Below, piece after piece: positions 53,101 to 56,795 of a DNA stretch of 56,795 nucleotides. Where the stretch lies: positions 1-56,795 of the forward strand of contig CAZKST010000001.1 of the NCBI GenBank assembly GCA_964555395.1. The letters run 5' to 3'. The stretch is from an uncultured Thiotrichaceae bacterium (GTDB lineage Bacteria; Pseudomonadota; Gammaproteobacteria; Beggiatoales; Beggiatoaceae). Under the pieces are notes generated by a model. It saw only the letters and a list, made by a program, of their open reading frames with translations, had not been told where the DNA came from and did no database searches. Numbering within the stretch: position 1 is the first letter of the stretch; each line of letters opens with the position of its first letter. The position numbers and the translations under genes are program-made.

Positions 53101-54073
53101 CAAGAAAACTATTCCCGCCGCGACGACAGGCAAAGCACCTTTGCAGGCACAAGTGATTAATTTTGTGAAAAAACCCATGCCCAATAAAGTGCCAGCACAA
53201 CCGATGCGCCGCTTACTTGGCATTGATGACGCAAATACCATTCCGATTCTGCGCAATCCGCAAAAGGTTAAAGAGGAACATGATGCCGTGTTCTATTTCC
53301 CTGGTTGCGGTTCAGAACGCCTATTCAGTCAAGTAGGTTTAGCAACTTTAGCGATGTTGTGCGAAGTTGGGGCAGAAACGGTGCTGCCCCCCGGTTATTT
53401 ATGCTGTGGTTATCCACAAACTTCGCAAGGCGATATTGACAAAGGGCAGCAAATTTCTACAGAAAATCAAATTCTTTTCCATCGCATGGCAAATAGTTTG
53501 AGTTACATGGACATTAAAACCGTGATTGTGTCTTGTGGAACATGTATGGATCAATTGCTGAAATACCAATTTCAACAAATTTTCCCCGGCTGCCGTTTGT
53601 TAGATATTCATGAATATTTGATGGAAAAAGGCGTTGCACTGAGCGATACCCAAGGCGTGCGTTACATGTATCACGACCCTTGTCATACACCGATGAAAAC
53701 CTATGAGCCGACCAAAGTCGCGGCAAAACTGATTGGGCAAGAGGTATTATTATCTGACCGTTGCTGTGGAGAAGCGGGAACATTTGGCATTTCCCGCCCA
53801 GACATTGCCACTCAAGTACGTTTCAGAAAACAAGAAGAATTGCATAAAGGCGTTACGAAATTAACAGGACAAGAAATTGCACAACAAGGCAATGTGAAAT
53901 TATTAACCGCCTGTCCTGCATGTGTACAAGGTTTATCGCGTTACCGTGATGAAGTCGGTGTAGAAACGGATTACATTGTCGTTGAAGTGGCGAATAAGCA
54001 CTTAGGACAACAATGGCAAACGCAATTCATTGATAATGTTAATCATGGTTGGATTGAGCGCGTTTTGTTGTAA
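50156..54073 (+). CDS. fused DUF3683 / FAD-linked oxidase (GlcD-like) / 4Fe-4S + CCG-domain (GlcF-like) oxidoreductase, YdiJ-like
   Basis: 1305 aa. N-terminal LREIPYNYTSFSDREI, FAD-binding PRGGGTGYTGGAIP, and GGVISGEHGIGITKLHYL. The ferredoxin motifs are CLRCGKCKPVC and CTVCHKCATPCP. The two Cys-rich CCG-type motifs are FPGCGSERL and YHDPCH...CCGEAGTF. Confidence 0.88.
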   Translation: MNAVNPLAVTTSLLNPPQATAARLREIPYNYTSFSDREIFQRLLGEDAWHIFNELRDSRQTGRSARMWLEVLGEMWVVKRNPFIQDDLLTRRKRGQALMHTIHERLQHIQQRANNNPLTLKLLTITQQKVAEFESWLLQQTDLRKKVEKRLRKVTRGDNVRFDGYARVAHVTDATDWRVEYPFVVLYPDTEEEMASLVKACLALELTIIPRGGGTGYTGGAIPLDAYSAVINTEKLETLGEVIWRTIEGVSQPVPTIRAGAGVVTARVSEQATAAKCVFAVDPTSQEASTIGGNIAMNAGGKKAVRWGTTIDNLISWRMVTPQADWIEVERINHNLGKIHEVPFAEFRVTHYATDGKTQIGTPEMLKIPATELRKAGLGKDVTNKYLGGLPGVQKEGCDGLITSAVFLLHPQPKFTRTVCLEFFGANLKKAVPAIVETKNYLDSLDRQKVALTGMEHLDERYVRAVKYSTKAPRKELPKMVLLIDISGEDEKAVAEASSHVVLLANAREAEGFIAVTPEARHVFWKDRKRTAAIAAHTNAFKVNEDVVIPLERLAEYNDEIERINIECSTKNKLRMIDAINDYLHGELAELKKTGDYDINHERVKESEEILACKKQAALDLLQSTRQYWSDLMANLDTPVTQVPHLLAADSVAKAETDDTIFSLMQRRDLRISFKNAIQEPLHDIFSGKTFIGVREKLDKIHARILRSRLFIACHMHAGDGNVHTNIPVNSNDFNMLEEADHLVARVMAFSEKLGGVISGEHGIGITKLHYLDPKQVADFANYKQKIDPQGRFNRGKLMLGGDLHNAYTPSLRLLEREALIMEASELGELNAMVKDCLRCGKCKPVCNTHVPRANLLYSPRNKILATGLMIEAFLYEKQTQRGISPQHFDVLNDVADHCTVCHKCATPCPVNIDFGNVTIKTRSILKAYKKRKTSLMTHASIAFLNVNNPQLINAMRTVMIKWGFWGQNLAYQVAKRLGLAGKKTIPAATTGKAPLQAQVINFVKKPMPNKVPAQPMRRLLGIDDANTIPILRNPQKVKEEHDAVFYFPGCGSERLFSQVGLATLAMLCEVGAETVLPPGYLCCGYPQTSQGDIDKGQQISTENQILFHRMANSLSYMDIKTVIVSCGTCMDQLLKYQFQQIFPGCRLLDIHEYLMEKGVALSDTQGVRYMYHDPCHTPMKTYEPTKVAAKLIGQEVLLSDRCCGEAGTFGISRPDIATQVRFRKQEELHKGVTKLTGQEIAQQGNVKLLTACPACVQGLSRYRDEVGVETDYIVVEVANKHLGQQWQTQFIDNVNHGWIERVLL

Positions 54074-54089
54074 GTAGATGAGTCAGCGA

Positions 54090-54120
54090 ACCCTGCTAGG
54101 TCGTGAAGAGTTAGCAGGGT
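54090..54120 (+). terminator. hairpin after the oxidoreductase gene; left boundary of the R-M islet
   Basis: ACCCTGCTA-N13-TAGCAGGGT with a 9-bp stem, 17 nt after the stop. A T6 run follows at 54146-54151 beyond the adjacent palindrome. Confidence 0.5.
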
Positions 54121-54140
54121 GTAATCGCTTTAGCTATTGC
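54121..54140. repeat. degenerate third copy of the GCAATAGCT-NN-AGCTATTGC palindrome
   Basis: GTAATCGCTTTAGCTATTGC has two mismatches to the palindromes at 25636-25655 and 25701-25720. Confidence 0.5.
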
Positions 54141-54191
54141 TATTGTTTTTTCATCCTTTGATTTCAAATTATTGGTAATCTTATACCAGTT

Positions 54192-54833
54192 ATGACTATT
54201 CAAAAAATTATCCAATTATTAGAAACCCAAAAAATTATTGGGCAACAAGGCAATATTAAGCTGGAGTATGCAGATATTTCTTTTTCTCTTGTAACTAAAG
54301 ATATTTTAGGAAGTGTATTGCAAGAATGGTTTGAGCAATGGATGAAAAAGAATAATATTGCTTTTTCTAAACCTGAAAACTCTCAAAAATCCCCTGATTT
54401 TTTCCTTAAAGATGGTAGTGGATTAGAAATAAAAGCTTTTAATGATGAAGCCAATCCTGCATTTGATGTTGCAAATTTTGATGCTTATACGCGGGCTTTA
54501 TTAACTGAACCTGAACGTTTAGATTATTCTTATCTTATTTTTAGTTATTATAGTGATGGTAAGCATTTCAGTATTAGCAATTTTTGGCTTAAAAAAGTTT
54601 GGGAAATTACAGGTGCATCAAAAACAAATATCTTGAATTTGCAAGTTAAGCAAGGTAGTCCCGTTAATATTCGTCCTAAAGATTGGCGCAGCAATAAGCA
54701 ACTTTTTAATAACAGAAAAGAATTTGTTATCGCGCTTGAAAAAGCTTTATTAAAATTTCATCCAGAACGTTCTATGCAGTGGCTTACAACGGTAGAGCAA
54801 AGCTATAAACAAAAAATAGGCAAAAATTTGTAA
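54192..54833 (+). CDS. putative type II restriction endonuclease (PD-(D/E)xK)
   Basis: 213 aa. A candidate catalytic motif is SPDFFLKDGSGLEIKAF (PD...ExK). It is convergent with a C5-MTase gene and ends 2 nt from it. I recognise no family and cannot infer specificity. Confidence 0.6.
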   Translation: MTIQKIIQLLETQKIIGQQGNIKLEYADISFSLVTKDILGSVLQEWFEQWMKKNNIAFSKPENSQKSPDFFLKDGSGLEIKAFNDEANPAFDVANFDAYTRALLTEPERLDYSYLIFSYYSDGKHFSISNFWLKKVWEITGASKTNILNLQVKQGSPVNIRPKDWRSNKQLFNNRKEFVIALEKALLKFHPERSMQWLTTVEQSYKQKIGKNL

Positions 54834-54835
54834 AT

Positions 54836-56203
54836 TTACATTAATAAATTATATTGCAAAGGTAAAACTTGTGCTCTTTGTTTTTCCTGAGCATGATTAA
54901 CCGTTTTCTTTAAAAAAACTTGCTCAATAACACGCTCACTAATAGCACATACCACAGGGACAGGAACGGTATTGCCAAATAAATCATGTGCAAGTCGCTC
55001 AGAAACATTAATTTTAAAATGGTCGGGAAAACCAAATAAACGACATTGTTCAATTAAAGTTAATTTACGAATCCCTGTTGTATCAGGCACAACCACTCTA
55101 TCCAAATCGGTTGCAACTAAAGTAGGTGTAACACATTCTGGGTCAAGAATTTTACTGATTTCATAACTTAATTTACCTGCAACGATGTTATAACCCTTTT
55201 CCAAGTCTTCACGATATTGACGAGTTGTTTTATTTTCCATTGTTTTATGTAAATCTTTAGGATACTCAAACTTTAAATAGTTTTTGCTTACTAAATCATC
55301 TAGTAACATTTTTAAATTTGGATGTGAATAAAAACTAGCAATTTCTTTTAAAGTTAAAGGCATTCCATCCATCCATGTAATCCCTTTTTGAGTCGCCCAT
55401 TTTTTATTTCTTCTCGCCAATAAAATAGCTTCTAAAAGTTGTTTTTGCTCTGAGTTTACTTCACCTTTTAATCCAATATCCCAACTATGAATATTATTTT
55501 CTCCCCCGCGTTTATCTTTAATAGATTTACCACACAATTCATTTAATGAGTAATGCGATAACAATAAACGGGATAAAGGCGTATTCATCACAGTTTTTTG
55601 TTTTTCTAAAATAGTTTTTAATTGAACTTGTTGAATTGGGAAATTCTCAAGACTAATTAAAGAAGATTGGCAACCTACAATAAAAATTCTTTTTCTAGTT
55701 TGAGCTAAACCAAAATGCTTTGCATCTAATACTTTCCAAGAAACTTGATAGTTTAACTGTTGTAGTTTTTCTAAAATAGTCTGTAAAGTTCTACCAATCA
55801 ATTCATTGTTATCTTTCTTATCATGGCTAACTAAACCTTCTACATTTTCTAAAATAAATACAGGGGGTAATTTTGCTTTTAAAATCCGTTCAATTTCAAA
55901 AAATAACGTTCCGCGTGTATCTAAAAAACCTTGTCTTTTTCCTGCATAACTAAAAGCTTGACAAGGAAAACCTGCCAGCAATACATCAAAATCTGGAATA
56001 GCTTCAACTTTAACTTGTGTTATATCCCCCATTAATTGGCTGTCTTGAAAATTATCTTGATAAACTTGAATTGCATGAGGTTTTATTTCTGAGCTAAAAA
56101 CGCAACGCGGTGTTATCGCTAATTTTGAACACGCTGTTTCAAATCCTAAGCGAAATCCTCCCATGCCTGCAAATAAATCAATAAATTTTAAAGTAAATGC
56201 CAT
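54836..56203 (-). CDS. dcm: DNA (cytosine-5)-methyltransferase
   Basis: Motif I FIDLFAGMGGF, motif IV GFPCQAFSYAG, motif VI FILENVEGL, motif VIII QTRKRIFIVG, a long target-recognition region of about 200 aa, motif IX LTLIEQCRLFGFPDHF, and motif X GNTVPVPVV. The track start is TTG 56227. I prefer ATG 56203 (MAFTLKFIDLF). Confidence 0.93.
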   Translation of the reverse strand: MAFTLKFIDLFAGMGGFRLGFETACSKLAITPRCVFSSEIKPHAIQVYQDNFQDSQLMGDITQVKVEAIPDFDVLLAGFPCQAFSYAGKRQGFLDTRGTLFFEIERILKAKLPPVFILENVEGLVSHDKKDNNELIGRTLQTILEKLQQLNYQVSWKVLDAKHFGLAQTRKRIFIVGCQSSLISLENFPIQQVQLKTILEKQKTVMNTPLSRLLLSHYSLNELCGKSIKDKRGGENNIHSWDIGLKGEVNSEQKQLLEAILLARRNKKWATQKGITWMDGMPLTLKEIASFYSHPNLKMLLDDLVSKNYLKFEYPKDLHKTMENKTTRQYREDLEKGYNIVAGKLSYEISKILDPECVTPTLVATDLDRVVVPDTTGIRKLTLIEQCRLFGFPDHFKINVSERLAHDLFGNTVPVPVVCAISERVIEQVFLKKTVNHAQEKQRAQVLPLQYNLLM

Positions 56204-56471
56204 TTTAACTTCTCGTATTGAAACCAATTAAACAAAGCATAACAAATTTTTTAAAACGGTTCCAGTATAATTTATTTTAATTTAAAATTCATATATAGAC
56301 ATCATTCAAAGAAAATCTTGATTATTTCGGATTATGGTTTAGACAATAATGCAATTCTTTATTTGCATTTTTTTATAGTGCATTTGCCATAATTTTTAAA
56401 TTAAATATATTGAAAAACATGTGATTATTATTATATTTATAACAAATCTTTTTGATAAATTAGGAGTGTTT

Positions 56472-56657
56472 ATGGCTACAAATACAGGTAAAAACCATCG
56501 TAATGGTTCTGTTAAGAACCGTACACAAGTATATAACCCAATAACTAATACTTGGGTAAAACGAGATGCCGAAACCGGTCAATTTCTTAACCAAAAATCA
56601 GATGGCAAACCCTTTAAGGGTGTTGCTAAAGAAGAAGATGAACGTCGCAAAAAATAA
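56472..56657 (+). CDS. small basic protein of unknown function (61 aa)
   Basis: MATNTGKNHRNGSVKNRTQVYNPITNTWVKRDAETGQFLNQKSDGKPFKGVAKEEDERRKK. AGGAG lies 6 nt upstream of ATG 56472, and a hairpin terminator follows. The track ORF from GTG 56421 adds an implausible hydrophobic leader. Confidence 0.6.
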   Translation: MATNTGKNHRNGSVKNRTQVYNPITNTWVKRDAETGQFLNQKSDGKPFKGVAKEEDERRKK

Positions 56658-56683
56658 ATTAAATTTAGTAAGATTTTTGTAAC

Positions 56684-56743
56684 TAAATATAAACCTGCTA
56701 GATTTTAAAAGCCTAGCAGGTTGTTCTGTGTAAATATAAACCT
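56684..56743. repeat. 13-bp direct repeat TAAATATAAACCT flanking the terminal hairpin
   Basis: The copies are at 56684-56696 and 56731-56743. The second overlaps the stop codon of the partial minus-strand CDS. Confidence 0.5.
56692..56722. terminator. bidirectional hairpin between the small gene and the partial convergent gene; right boundary of the islet
   Basis: AACCTGCTAG-N11-CTAGCAGGTT forms a perfect 10-bp stem. It shares the CCTGCTA / TAGCAGG core with the hairpin at 54090-54120. Confidence 0.6.
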
Positions 56744-56795
56744 AAACCAACCCACTCACCCAACCGCGCACACTTTCCAACGCCTTGCTTAACTG
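56742..56795 (-). CDS. 3' end of an unidentified minus-strand gene (17 codons + stop)
   Basis: The reverse complement from the window edge reads QLSKALESVRGWVSGLV-stop (TAG 56744..56742). The composition is visibly more GC-rich than the adjacent islet. The fragment is too short to identify. Confidence 0.3.
   Translation of the reverse strand, partial: QLSKALESVRGWVSGLV

Noticed and set aside
50833-53783. Minus-strand ORFs (61-150 aa) inside the 1305-aa oxidoreductase gene
   Set aside because: They are antisense to a CDS with multiple conserved cofactor motifs and have no independent support.

Overview
The window is a chromosomal segment from an AT-rich gammaproteobacterium. The atpIBEFHAGDC-glmU and pilMNOPQ synteny supports this. 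Gln-rich proteins, very large multidomain sensors and GTAGGGTGG-type palindromes suggest a Beggiatoa/Thiotrichales-like organism, but only at low confidence. Most of it is core genome: panC (partial), a secreted SurE paralog, tkt-gap, minCDE, an ICL/PEP-mutase-family enzyme, the complete F1F0 ATP synthase operon, glmU, trmL, pyrE, sugE/gdx, moxR-DUF58, rsmE, a truncated hemoglobin, yhbY, a REC-histidine kinase, murD, pilMNOPQ, accA, an EEP-family protein, a DUF4124 protein and a 1305-aa FAD/Fe-S oxidoreductase. Four things are not ordinary. (1) At 39.1-47.9 kb there is a four-gene minus-strand signalling locus. It encodes a helical lipoprotein, a YfiR/DUF4154-like periplasmic protein, an 1866-aa single-polypeptide phosphorelay (sensor-HAMP-HK-REC-REC-4xHpt-REC) ending in a class III nucleotidyl cyclase, and a second hybrid kinase. 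This is my best candidate for an undescribed system. (2) At 27.2-32.0 kb a 1593-aa lipoprotein made of about 13 tandem Ig-like domains sits between pilQ and an orphan murD. (3) At 54.1-56.7 kb there is a visibly more AT-rich type II restriction-modification islet plus a small basic protein, bracketed by related hairpins. (4) A family of nested palindromic repeats occurs at gene ends. I saw no rRNA, tRNA, CRISPR array, transposase or integrase. All coordinates and motifs come from reading the sequence and ORF track. Family names are from memory of sequence signatures, not from searches.
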